From Caecitellus pseudoparvulus (taxonomy: Eukaryota; Protista; Bigyra: Bicosoecida), in assembly GCA_965644315.1 (NCBI GenBank), contig CBFFRQ010000042.1:558001-622000 (forward strand): DNA of 64,000 nucleotides. Direction: 5' to 3'. The position numbers and the translations under genes were made by a program. The notes under the pieces are model-generated. The model ran no database searches. It saw only the letters and a list, made by a program, of their open reading frames with translations, and was not told the origin of the DNA. Below, piece by piece: positions 44,637 to 55,371 of the stretch (position 1 is the stretch's first letter; every line of letters starts with the position of its first letter).

Positions 44637-47477
44637 ATGGCCTCAGCTGGAGCGGACCACAGCCATGACGAGGATGGGGCGATATCCTCGGAGACGTCTC
44701 GCTTCGTGAAAGTGAACCACCGATTCTTCAACGAGACCCCCCCCGACACCTCCTGGGACACAGACCGCGCGTGCCAGTTGGTGCGGCGTTTTTTCTCTTT
44801 CTCGTGAGCCACTGCAGCTGACTGCCCCTGCTCACAGCCGAGCACGAGTGAGCACGCCACTTTGCACAGGATTTATGACCTCCCCATTGTTACCTGGCTG
44901 CCTGCGTACAACCGCGCAACCCTACTTTCTGACCTCTTGGCAGGCTTGAGCGTGGGCGTACTCCTCATCCCGCAGAGCCTGGCTTACGCAGTGCTGGCTG
45001 GCTTGCCGCCGGTGTATGGGCTGTACACCTCCACCCTGCCGCTGTTCATCTATGCCACCCTGGCAAGCTCCACAAAGGTGCAGCCAGGTCCCGTCGGCCC
45101 CACCGCCATTCTCATCAACTCAGCCTTGAACGCCGTCGTGACCAACGTGGTGGAGGAAGACCCAGCCACCGGGGAAGACGTGCCGTCTGCAGAGTACATC
45201 AACACTGCCGTGGCCCTCAGCTTCATTGTTGGCGTCGTGCAGATGCTGCTGGGCTTCTTCCGCTTCGGCTTCATCGCCAACTTGCTGTCCTGGCCTGTCA
45301 TGAGTGGCTACACGAGTGCCGCTGCCTTCATCATCATTGCCTCGCAGCTGAAAGATCTGCTGGGACTGGATGCCGCCTCCGCGTCGGGCTTCGTGGAGCG
45401 CCTGGGGGCGGCGTTCTCTGCCCTGCCAACTGCGCACTGGCAGACCGCCCTTCTGGGCGTGCTGGCCACCACCTTGCTCATGACGTACAAGATGGTGCCG
45501 CTGCCAGGCGGGCGCAAGGTGCCTGCCTGGTTCCCCATGCAGCTCTTGGTGGTGTTGCTGTGCCTGGGCCTGTCAGCTGGACTGGACTGGGAAAGCACCG
45601 GCATGCCAGTGGTGGGGCAAGTGCCCAGTGACATCCCCACGCCAGCCTTCCCTCTCAACAGTGCTGAGCAGTTCGTGCGCTTGCTACCGGGGGCCATTGT
45701 CCTGGCGGTGGTGTCATACGTGGGCAGCATCTCCCTGGCTGTCGTCTTCGGCAAGGACGTGGGGGAGGAGGTGGATGCCAACATGGAGTTGGTGGCGGCT
45801 GGCGCAGCCTGCTTCGGCGGCTCCTTCTTCCGCTCCTTCGTCATCTCCGGCTCCTTCACCCGCACGGCGGTGAACGCAGACCTGGGCGCCAAGACACCCA
45901 TGGCCGTGGTCTTCACGGGCTGCCTCATGGTGCTGTGCCTCCTGCTCCTGGCGCCGCTCTTCAGCCCCCTGCCCAAGACCGTCCTGGCTGCCATGATCAC
46001 AGCCTCGGCCAAGTCCCTGGTCAAGCTGGCAGATGCCCGCCTCCTGTACCGCTCCTCGCCCCTGGACTTCATGCAGATGGCGGCCACCTTCATCCTCACC
46101 CTGGCCCTGGGCATTGACAACGGCATCATCGCCGCCGTGGGCCTGTCCCTGCTCCTGCTCCTGTACCGCTCCTTCCAGCCCCGTGTCAGCGAGTTGGGTC
46201 GCTTCCCCGGCACTGACGTCTTCATTGACCTGTCCCGCTTCCCAGACGCCGTCAAGGTGCGCGGCCTGCACGTCCTGCGCGTGGACGGCGAGCTGCACTT
46301 TGGCAACATCAAGCTGCTCACCAACCACCTGCGTGCGTTGCACACTCGGGCACTGAAGGTGCGCCGAGTTGCAGGGCTGCCCCCCCACGGCCTGGAGCCG
46401 TCGCCCCCTGACGCTGCCAGTGTGGGCAGTGCGCCCAGCACGGCGAGCGGGGAGGGCCTGGACGTGGAGCTGGCGGGGGAGGGGGGGCGGGAGGAGGACA
46501 TGGCCGGCGCCGCCTCCACGGCGCCAGCCTCCTCCATCCGACGTCGTGGCGCTGGCAGTGACTCCGAGGCTGGCGCCAGCACGCCAGCTGGGGCAGCGTC
46601 CGTAGCAGAGCCTGGCAGTGCGCGCACGTCGCCCAAGGCTGCCGCCGCTGTGGACACGGGGGAGGAGGCGGTTTTGATTCTGGGCGCTCCCTTTGGGGGG
46701 GTGCCGGGGCAAGAGGAGGGGGGGGGCGCTTCTGCGCCTCTGCGTGCCAGCAGCCCCCCCGTCACTGCCGCCAAGTCACGCCGAGCCCTGGTGCGTGCGT
46801 TGTCAGCATACGACCGCACCCTGCGCCAGGAGTCAGCGAGCTTGTCCGCACAGGATGCAGTGAGCGAGGCCACTGCCCACGCGGATGCGCTGGCAGCGTC
46901 GCACACCCCCGCCCCGTCACTGCCTGCGTTGTCGGGGCAAGACTGGCATGCGCCTCTGCAAGCCGCCATTACAGCGGGGCAGCTGGGCGACATGACCATG
47001 GAGGAGGCCGTTGAATTGGTGCACTTGCGGGGGGTGGTGCTGGATGCCGTGCGCATCCTCAACATCGACGCCCACGCTGCGAAGGAGCTGAACGCGACGG
47101 CAGACCTGTTCAAGTCGGGGGACACTGGCTTGCGGCTGGTGCTGGCGTCTGTCCCAGGCCCCGTGCGGGACAAGCTGCACAGCCTGGGCATCCTGACCGC
47201 CATCGGCCCACAGAACGTGCACCAGACAGTGGGCGCGGCAGTGTCTGCCCTGGTGGGGCAGGCTGAGTACGCCGCCTGGACTGCCAGCCTGGCTTCCTAC
47301 GGCCAGCTGCTGGACGTCCTGCTGCCTCACCACCACGTCACGCTGGCGCGCAGCACGCGAATGGGTGAGCCTGGCGGCGACATCGAGCTGGCGCCGGCGC
47401 CGGCGCCGCTGGAGGGTGGGCCGTCCCCGTCTGCTCTCCAGGCACGCGCCGCCACCACCCTGGCAGCCATGGAGTAA
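44637..47477 (+). CDS. SulP/SLC26 anion (sulfate) transporter with split STAS domain
   Basis: DLLAGLSVGVLLIPQSLAYAVLAGLPPVYGLY, GSFTRTAVN, and STAS parts RVDGELHFGN and VVLDAVRILNID. Intron 44804-44869. Confidence 0.95.
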
Positions 47478-47486
47478 GCCCTGGGC

Positions 47487-48518
47487 TCACTCTGGTGTGC
47501 CCTCAGCGGACGGCGCACCGCCTTCTGCACCCTCGCGCAGGCTGCGGCACAGGCCCTGCAGCGCCGTCAGCTGCTTGCCCTGCTTGGCGATGGTGGCGTT
47601 GGCTTGTGCAAGCTCTTGCGTCAGGGTGTGCCGGCGCGTGGCCTCTTGGATGAGGGCCTCCTCTGAGGCCTGCTTGGCGGTTTTCACCTGGGCCAGCTCC
47701 TTGGCCATAGCAGTCATGCGCTTCAGCTCACGCTGCGCCACCATCACCGCCTCGGTGGCCTGCTGGGACTGCTCCTTGTACGCCTCCGCCGTGGCGCGAG
47801 CATCTCGCTCCCCCTGGTGCGCCTTTGTCAGCATGTCGCTCAGCTTATCCACCATGCTCTGTCGCCCGGCGCTGTCACTGGCATGTGCCGCCAGGCGAGC
47901 CTGGGCCGCCTCCACCATGGCGTCCTTGGCGCGCATCTGCTCGTCGTACACGTCCTTCCCCTTCTGGAAGGACTCGTACGCCTCCAGCAGCTTCGTGCGC
48001 AGCTGCTTGTTCTCCTCCTGCAGCGCGTCGTTGGCGGCTTGCGCGCGGGAGATGGCTGCCGTGATGCCGTCCAGACGCTCCTGCTGGGAGGCCATGTCAG
48101 CTGTGGCTTCGTCCACTCGGCTCTGCGCCTCCTTGGCTCGCTGTGCCTGCAAGTCACGCAAGGCCGCCGCCAGCTTCTCCTTGGCGGCCACAGCGCCCTG
48201 GAAGTCACGATTCACTGCACAGGAGTGTCACGGCGCAGGGTGGCTGTGCCTTGCTGCCGGGAGCGCGCCGGGAGCGCAGGCACAACGCACGGCGATCGTT
48301 GACGGACATGAGATTCTCGATCTTCCTCGTCTTGGTGGCCAGGTCAGAATGCAGCTGCTTGTTTTGCTTCAACTGTGCTCGGCGGGGCAGGCGCCAGGTG
48401 AGCTGCGCCGCACCAGGGCCATAGGACACTCGTTGGAGCCCGAGGCACGCACGCAATCCATGTACTTTGACTTCATGATTACCAGACGGTCCTCTGTGGA
48501 CTTGGAAGCGGACGCCAT
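47487..48518 (-). CDS. Taxilin-like coiled-coil protein, 3 exons
   Basis: AKEKLAAALRDLQ, LQEENKQLRTKL and LQGLCRSLR match taxilin hallmarks (KLE.LCRELQ / LE.LCRALQ). Introns 48373-48452 and 48215-48290. Confidence 0.7.
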
Positions 48519-48741
48519 GGTCACGTGGGAAGGCGCAGGCTGTTGCTTTACTACTGCCGACAGCGCTGCCGTCAAAAGCCGCAGCAACACAGGGCTTGTC
48601 CGTGCGTGGTGCAGATGAGTTAATGCCCTTTGAAAAGGACGTGGCTCAGTGAACAGTGATCAGAAGCAGCGTATTTATTGGTAGACTGGCGTGGATTGTG
48701 TTGCTGTGCCGAATGTGGTGAGGGTTGGCGTGGGCCCCTGT

Positions 48742-49276
48742 CTATGCCGTTGCTGCCCAGAGCAGAGGAGGCTGCAGTGGCGTAGCGAGCAACGGAACCG
48801 CAAGGGAAGGGGGTGGGTGGAAAGCATGCACTAACTGCACAGCCGTCTCGTCAAGTGTGTGCTCAGCATGGTCGCTTGGAGAGGGGGTCCAAGTCGTCCG
48901 CCTGTGCTGCGTGGCTCCCACGTGCTGCAGCCATGGGCATGCCTCGCTTGCCCTGTGTGCGGAGAGCCCTGTGAATGGTTCGATTTTGAGATGCGTGTTT
49001 GCATGAACCAACGCTGCGGCAGCAGAACTTGGCTGCACAGTGGCCAGCATGCTGACAGTGAGGGAGCCAGGGCGGTTGCAGGCAGAGCTTGCTGTGACAG
49101 CACGCAGCAGACCTGCAGCCTGAGCTGGGAATATGGTGGCATCCCATGGACTGCCTTGCAATATTGCACGTGCCATCTTCGCCGCTGCCGTGGGATCAGC
49201 AGCGGCGTCTGCCTGGCTGTGCTGGTGCTCCAGCTGCGATTTCCGCAGACTCACGCTTGGAGGGGAGGGGGCGCAT
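48742..49276 (-). CDS. Small hypothetical protein (weak resemblance to Mediator Med20 C-terminus)
   Basis: A good intron at 49185-49254 (GTGAGT...GCTGAT...CAG) joins ATG 49276 to the ORF. GSLTVSM, LKIEP and HTLDETAVQLV loosely echo Med20. Confidence 0.35.
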
Positions 49277-49559
49277 TATGCAGGCAGTGCGCCAGACGAG
49301 GACGGGGGCAGGTCTTGAGAGGGCTCCATTATCCTAGGCTGGGGTGCCTTGGCGGGGGACCTGTCCACCCAGTGATGTAGGCATTCCGGAAGTAGGGCCC
49401 GGGGAGCTCACGGGCTAATCGAAACCACGTGCCACTCAATCCATTCTCAAATCCGAAAAATAATAAACCCAAACCAAGTGAATTCCTCATGCGGGTTCGG
49501 GTGACGTTGTCGGGTTCGCATTGGTTGTAGGGGGCTCGTCGATTTGTGAGCGGCTTTGC

Positions 49560-50672
49560 ATGGCGCAGCAGGAGCCTGCAGACACTGTGCACGGCGCAGG
49601 GTTCGGCACCACCGAAGAGCCAGGAGAGGCAGGAATCCCATTCGCCGGTGACGAGGGGTCTGCTCCGCCTGCAGCTGCGCCTGCGTGGCCTTGGCTGGAG
49701 GATGCCGACCTGACGTACGGCATCGCGGCCTGTGCCGTGGCGGTGATTCTGGCCCTGTACTTGCTGTACCGCTCACAGCAGGAGGCGGATGCGAGACGCA
49801 AAGCGGCCAGCTACGACAGGCTTGCCGCGTTGGCTGCAGCCAGGGCGAAGGCTGCAGACTCCAAGCAAGCCGAAGTGCGGCGCCTGGCGGCTGAGGCCAG
49901 AGAAGCGCAAGCTGCGGCGGCAGCTGCTGCGCGGGCCGAAGCAAAGGCAAAGGCCCAAGCGGACCGTATTCTGGCGGAAGAAGTTGGTGTCACGAATGCT
50001 GCGGGGGACGTCATCGGCAGGAGGCTGGGGCAGGGCCAAGGTGCTGGCCAAGCTTCGATTTCCGCAGAGACACGTGCACCACGCCAAAGTGCTGCCCAGG
50101 CAGCGGTGGCCAGCCGTGCCGCAGAGCGCCAGGAAATCCGCGCTGCTTATGAAGCGGCAGTGACGAAGGACACTGTGCGAGCCATCGATGATGCGGAGAT
50201 GCGGGAGGCAGTGGCGGCTTCCCTGGCAACGCAGGCCGCGGAGCAGGCTCGAGAAGCCGAGGCATCCGCTGCAGTGCTGCGGTCAGCCCAGGATGCTGTG
50301 GCCGCGTTGGGCATGAAGGTTACCTGCATTCCACCCACTGCCGCACGCGGGGAGGTGCCAGACCCGCCTGACGTGCCGCAGGGCCTGGTGGTGGTGCGCC
50401 TTGCGTCAGTGGCCAGCTCTGGCCTGCGGCATGTGAAGGTGCAGTACCCGCTCGGCAGCACGTCCGTTAAGGCACTGCTGCAGGCGCTGGAGGTTGTCGT
50501 GCCTGGGGGCGTCAAAGGCCGGGTGCTCATGTCTTCCCATCCGCGGGCTGTTGTTGGGGATGGAGATGCACTGCACGCGGGCAGTGCCGACGCTGCGTTG
50601 GAGTCAAGCGTGGAGGAGGCAGGCGTGGCGCCACGCTCAGCGCTGCTGCTGCGGCTGAAAGCCGACGCCTAA
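49560..50672 (+). CDS. Membrane-anchored UBX-domain protein (UBXN8/SelS-like p97 adaptor)
   Basis: One TM (GIAACAVAVILALYLLY), a coiled coil, and a C-terminal VVVRL...LMSSHPR...SVEEAGVAPRSALLL UBX pattern. Confidence 0.7.
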   Translation: MAQQEPADTVHGAGFGTTEEPGEAGIPFAGDEGSAPPAAAPAWPWLEDADLTYGIAACAVAVILALYLLYRSQQEADARRKAASYDRLAALAAARAKAADSKQAEVRRLAAEAREAQAAAAAAARAEAKAKAQADRILAEEVGVTNAAGDVIGRRLGQGQGAGQASISAETRAPRQSAAQAAVASRAAERQEIRAAYEAAVTKDTVRAIDDAEMREAVAASLATQAAEQAREAEASAAVLRSAQDAVAALGMKVTCIPPTAARGEVPDPPDVPQGLVVVRLASVASSGLRHVKVQYPLGSTSVKALLQALEVVVPGGVKGRVLMSSHPRAVVGDGDALHAGSADAALESSVEEAGVAPRSALLLRLKADA

Positions 50673-50684
50673 TGCAGCTGCATT
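50671..50684. terminator. Palindromic AATGCAGCTGCATT between convergent stop codons; candidate bidirectional 3'-end/poly(A) signal
   Basis: Perfect 14-bp palindrome starting in the UBX stop codon and ending a few nt from the TFIIB-like stop. AATGCA recurs at many gene ends. Confidence 0.45.
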
Positions 50685-50688
50685 CCCC

Positions 50689-52362
50689 TCACCGCCTTGG
50701 TTTCTTGGCCGGCCGCCCAATGCGCATGAACTTGGGCTTGTTCAGGCGGCGGCTGACGCGTGCTGCACGCAGCTGCCGCTCACGTGCCGCAGCCCACGCC
50801 GGCATGACGACGTCACGCATGAAGGCGTCTTCCCGCGCCATGTCCTCACGCTCTGCTTGGGCTGTGAAGGTGTCCAGGGCCGCCTCAGCCTGGTCGTGTG
50901 CCAGCTGTGCCCGGCTCACGGCGTCCTGCGCCGCCTGCAGGCGTGCCTCTGCCGCTTCCAGTTTCTGCTGCGCCAAGCCGCCCCCTGCCGCCGTGGTGAC
51001 ACCCGAATCACTCTTGAGCGCAGCACTGGCACGTGCTGCCGCCGTCTGTGCCGTGAGATTGACGCGCGCCGCCTGCTCTGCAGCGTGTGCCTGCCGCACT
51101 GCGTCAGCGGCCTGCCTCAAGCGGCCTTGCAGCACGCCCCGCTGGGAGGTGGGCACCGCCGTCAACGTACCGCCTGCTGCAGCAGCTGGCGGCACGGGTG
51201 GGCCACTGCCTTCCTCCTCCTCCGAGTCATCGCCCAGCAACGCAGCGACGTCGAATGCGCCCTGCTCAGCCGCCTCCGGTGCTGGGCGGGCACCCTCCGC
51301 GGCGATGGACGCGAAGGCTGCCCGCTGGGAGTCCTTGCCCATGACAGCGTCTTCGAAGGCGCAAACGAGGCTGGCGGCGATGACTTTGTCTTCGTCGTGC
51401 AGGTTCTCGCGTGAATCACGCATGGCGGCGAAGTAGTCCTTGGACCGCTCGCAGACGCCGCTGTTCACGCCCAGCTTGTCGGCCACGTTCTCCAGCCGCT
51501 CGAAGGCCTTGTGCTTGCGGCGGTCCTTGTACGAGTCGCGCGTGCGGCCGGTGGCGTCGCCCCGCCCCACCGCCACCGAGTGCTGCTTCTCCGCCACGAA
51601 GGCGGACGTCTCCACCAGCTGCTTCAGGAGCTTGGTGGACACGTCCTTGCCGCCGGTGATGACGGTGCCCAGGTTGTGCGAGTCGGAGTAGCGCTTGCTG
51701 GGCGCGTCGCCCATGGAAGACATGAGCTCGCCCTTGTCGCTGCGCTGGATGCGGGCCCAGTCCCGGTCAGCCATCTGGGCGGCCCGCACCACGTGCCCGC
51801 ACGCCATGCACACCAGATCTGCGTTCCACCCGTCAGTCGTGAACTTGCCCTGGTCCGTGTTCCGGCATTTGGAACACGTCACCAGCGTCCGCTGCACGAG
51901 GGAGGCGCTGCTGCTGCTGGTGACGCGGTGGGCGGCGTGGCGCTGGCGCTTCTCCCGCTCCGCACGTGCGGCCCCTGCGCCCTGACGGGGCACCTTGCGT
52001 TGATTCAGCGCCCCGAACAGCGCCTCCCGCAGCTTCTGCTTGTGCTCCTTCAAGTCCCTGGCAGTGGACTGCCGAAGCCTCGCGGCCTGGCGTGCCGCAA
52101 TCGCCCGCAGGCCCGCCACGTCACCGCTCCCACTCCCAGCTGCGATGGCGTCTCGCACTGCTTGCTGGGCAGCTTCCACAGCATCCCGGTCGGCATCGCG
52201 GCCAAACTTTACCCCCATGGCGAGGACAATCCGGTCGGTCATGGCCTTCACGGCGCCTTGCCTGCTTTGCCCCCTCACCTCCACCGAGGCGTCTGTCAGC
52301 ACGGCATCGGCCACCGTTGACAGAGGGTGCTTGCTGCTGCCATCCGAGCCCTCGCTCGCCAT
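50689..52362 (-). CDS. TFIIB-related protein (Zn ribbon plus one cyclin fold)
   Basis: CSKC...ADLVCMACGHVV, DWAR, LGTVI and AFERLENVADKLGV...IAASL. Confidence 0.75.
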   Translation of the reverse strand: MASEGSDGSSKHPLSTVADAVLTDASVEVRGQSRQGAVKAMTDRIVLAMGVKFGRDADRDAVEAAQQAVRDAIAAGSGSGDVAGLRAIAARQAARLRQSTARDLKEHKQKLREALFGALNQRKVPRQGAGAARAEREKRQRHAAHRVTSSSSASLVQRTLVTCSKCRNTDQGKFTTDGWNADLVCMACGHVVRAAQMADRDWARIQRSDKGELMSSMGDAPSKRYSDSHNLGTVITGGKDVSTKLLKQLVETSAFVAEKQHSVAVGRGDATGRTRDSYKDRRKHKAFERLENVADKLGVNSGVCERSKDYFAAMRDSRENLHDEDKVIAASLVCAFEDAVMGKDSQRAAFASIAAEGARPAPEAAEQGAFDVAALLGDDSEEEEGSGPPVPPAAAAGGTLTAVPTSQRGVLQGRLRQAADAVRQAHAAEQAARVNLTAQTAAARASAALKSDSGVTTAAGGGLAQQKLEAAEARLQAAQDAVSRAQLAHDQAEAALDTFTAQAEREDMAREDAFMRDVVMPAWAAARERQLRAARVSRRLNKPKFMRIGRPAKKPRR

Positions 52363-52692
52363 GGCTCGGGGCGATTCAATGCAGCGGGCTGGCCAAGCAG
52401 ACCTCGCGGAAATTGACACTCACAGACTGGGGAAGCACGTGACAGCGCTGCCCAGTAGGGCAGGGCAGGGCGGCACTCAACTGTCCTACACACCCAGCCT
52501 GTACGTGCGTGCACACTTGGGAGTATGTTTTATTGCAGTCGTTTGAGTTGTGTCCAGGGGTCGCAAAACTGTCCGGCTACGCTTGACTGTTTGATTGGAA
52601 CTGGCTTTTGCCTTCCGGCAGACGACGACTTCTGCCGACAGCGACCTTGCCTTCCGAACACGCACTCTCGCACTAATACTACCATGCAAGCT

Positions 52693-53400
52693 TCACTGAA
52701 TTTCGCAACCACCTTCGCACAGCGCGCTCTCGGCACTCTCCAGATGAGCGGGGTCCCTTGACTCCTCACTGATCGGCACTGCCTCCCAGTGAAGGTCGAT
52801 CATGAGAAGGGCACAGCGCGAGCGCATGACCCTGAAGCGGGCATAGTCTTCTCGAAATTTATGCGCACCACGATCAAGGTCGCTATCTCCCTCCACATCC
52901 GCTTCCTTGCCCCAGCTCACACTCATTTCCCTCTCGGGTAGCTCGAGGTACAGCAGCGGAGTGCCCAGCATGGCTGTTTTCATGGAAAATGGCGTCCGCT
53001 TCAGCCACTCGTCCACCCCATACCAGCTCATCACGTCCGTGAACATGCTGTCAGGATTCCCAGCAGTGCTCCGCGGAATGTCCCTCCCCAGGCTGATCTC
53101 GCGGGTTGCGACGTTAACGCGGCGGTTGTCAGACCGTTCCCACAGCACATGCACCAGCGCACTTGATGGCCGGATCTTGTACTCGCTCGGGTGCTGCACC
53201 GCCCAGTTCAGTGGAAGGCGTGGCAGTCGAAGCGCCTCCCGCAGAGCAAGTCTGGGAGATGCATGTGCCTATGCTCCCCGCATGCTGCGTCCATCAGTTG
53301 CCGGAACCACAGCACCTCGTACTTATCCGAGTGCTGCACCACATCATCTGCAATGCACTCCAGGTCTCCTTGCCTCCAAACTGGCTGGGGTAATAGCGCT
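52693..53400 (-). other. Unassigned, interrupted coding-like segment fused to the SMU1 remnant
   Basis: 168-aa ORF (52693-53199) plus an out-of-frame upstream piece; visibly less GC-rich than neighbouring genes. Confidence 0.3.
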
Positions 53401-54160
53401 TCGCCCTCCCCTGCCACCTGGTACAGCAGGCGGGTGTCAAGCTTGTGATTTAGGGCGTCCTGCACCTCCACGAGGCCCCCGTTGCTTCCCGTCACCAGGC
53501 GGCTGCCGTCTGGCGCGAATGCCACGGCAAGTGCGTGGGCGCCGCCGAGGTGCAGCTTGCCAGCGGTTTCCACGGCAGGCTTGTCCACCAGCTGGTGCAG
53601 GCACGATGCCTCGAAAGGCGTCGAAGCGGCCACCAGGCGGCAGCACCCCCACGTGCTGCTGCCACTTCAGTGCCTGGCCCGCCAGGCTGAGCAGCTGGGA
53701 AGGCGGGGCGGCTGACACGTCCAGCGCTGGGAGTGCCACGTTCCGCGATCGTTCAGCAGCCAGTGATGTCGAGGCGTACACCTTTGACAGGTTTACCTTT
53801 CCCCCACTCAGCAAGGACTTCAGCGCCTGGTGCCGCTGCTGCTGCAGCTTCATGAGCTTGCCAGCCAGAGTGAAGCGAAGGGTTGCCTGGGGGGTGGGTC
53901 CACGGGAAGGGGACACCCCCCTCCTTACGATGGGGTGTCCGGCATCTCGACAGCAAATGCGCAGAAGCAGCTTCCCGGACACCCCTGTGATCCCGGATTG
54001 CGTCCCAGCTGCGACCGCAAGACCGTAGTCTGGCGCTCGCCCCAAAATGTTGCTTCCACAGCAATACCCTGTTGAGGGATGAGCTGTCTAACTTAATTAC
54101 CAAGAACACCAATGCCAGGGTGTCCTCCCCATGCCTCCTGGAGAGCCTTCGTCGGCCGTG
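53400..54160 (-). pseudogene. SMU1: SMU1 (WD40 spliceosomal protein) pseudogene fragment
   Basis: [26 protein letters not shown]..DAFRG, then a frameshift near 53590, then FAPDGSRLVTGSNGGLVEV...LLYQ (human [49 protein letters not shown]). The N-terminus is scrambled and the copy is truncated after the first WD repeat. Confidence 0.8.
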
Positions 54161-54271
54161 CCTCCCTGCTCCAGCTGTCGCCAGCCTCGCTGCCACAGCT
54201 TGAGGGGCGCACAGACCCGTCCGCTGGCCAGCCAGGCGCCTGCCGGGAGAGCTGAGAGTCGAGGCAGCGGC

Positions 54272-55006
54272 TCACGAGTCCACTGCCGTGCCCCGCACAG
54301 TGTCCCTGGCGAGGCCCTGCTGGCGCGCACGCATGGTCTGGATAATGCCCAGCTGTGCCGCCGCGCCAGGTGGCGGTGAGGAGGCAGCGGGGGCCGGCGA
54401 GCCCTGGGGCTCGTCAGGAGCGCCGTGCATGGAGCGGCGCAAGGCGGCCAGGGCGCCTGTGGCAGAGGCCAGGTCCCGCTCCACTGCCTGGATGCGGCGC
54501 CGGACGTCGGCCGCCTTGCTCTGCAGCTCGGCGATGCGGGCGGCAGCGACGCGGCAGGCCTCGGCAGGCGTCAGCTCAGCCAGGAAACCCAGGCCGATGT
54601 TCACCAGCAAGCAGCTCGTGTCTGTGATGGTGCCCTGCATGTGGTAGCCACTGCCGACGTCGGCCCAGACGTGCTGCCCCTCCAGCGGCACCACGGTGGT
54701 GGCAGGGGCCGCTGGCGCCCCAGCCGTGCTGGAGCTGGGGCTGCCACGGTCGCCCATGGTCTCTGCTCGCCGCTGCACTTTCTGCCACTCCACGATGTCG
54801 CGCTCCATGGACTTGACGAGCGAGACGAGCTGGCCCAACAGCGGCAGCAGCTTGAAGCGCACCATGTCCTTGTACCTGTCCGGGCAGCAGATTTTCGGAG
54901 TATGTGACCACGCAAGGGCACTGAAGTAGGGGCACAGTGTGGAGGCTTACGGTCTCAGTTGAGCAGGGTGCACTTCTGGGGCCTCCTGGGGCTGCGAAGT
55001 GGCCAT
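54272..55006 (-). CDS. UXT: Prefoldin alpha-type UXT homologue, 2 exons
   Basis: ADVGSGYHMQG.I.DTS.LLVNIGLGFLAELT..EA flanked by coiled coils. Intron 54876-54950. Confidence 0.85.
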
Positions 55007-55371
55007 GGTGCTGTGCGATTTCCGCACTCACACGCGGCGAGGAGGAGTGCCAGACAAAGGCAGGCAGGGAGGCTGCACCAGTGGCTGGCAGTAATCCTGT
55101 TCGACAGCATGCATATCTTGACACTGCCTTGGTTTTAAGCGGTGTTGAGTTTGAATTGGCACCTTGCCGCCTCCGTCTCGCTGAGCACGGCAGGCATTCA
55201 ATCTGTCACCTCCCCATGGCACAAAGTTAGGGCAGGAGTTAAAACTCAACTGGAGCAGCACCGCGACAAGCTAGCCATTGCATGTTTTCCCCCCTCAGCA
55301 GCCAGTCCGCTCGCACTCAATGCCACGCTGAAGTGCCGTGCACCGGGCGCAGGGCTCCGATTTCCGCAATC

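Noticed and set aside
49560-50672. Selenoprotein S with terminal Sec
   Set aside because: The ORF ends in TAA after a UBX-like domain, with no in-frame TGA and no room for a SECIS.
52500-53400. Endogenous virophage or transposon
   Set aside because: No integrase, transposase, RT or capsid motifs, no terminal repeats or TSD, and the GC drop is modest.
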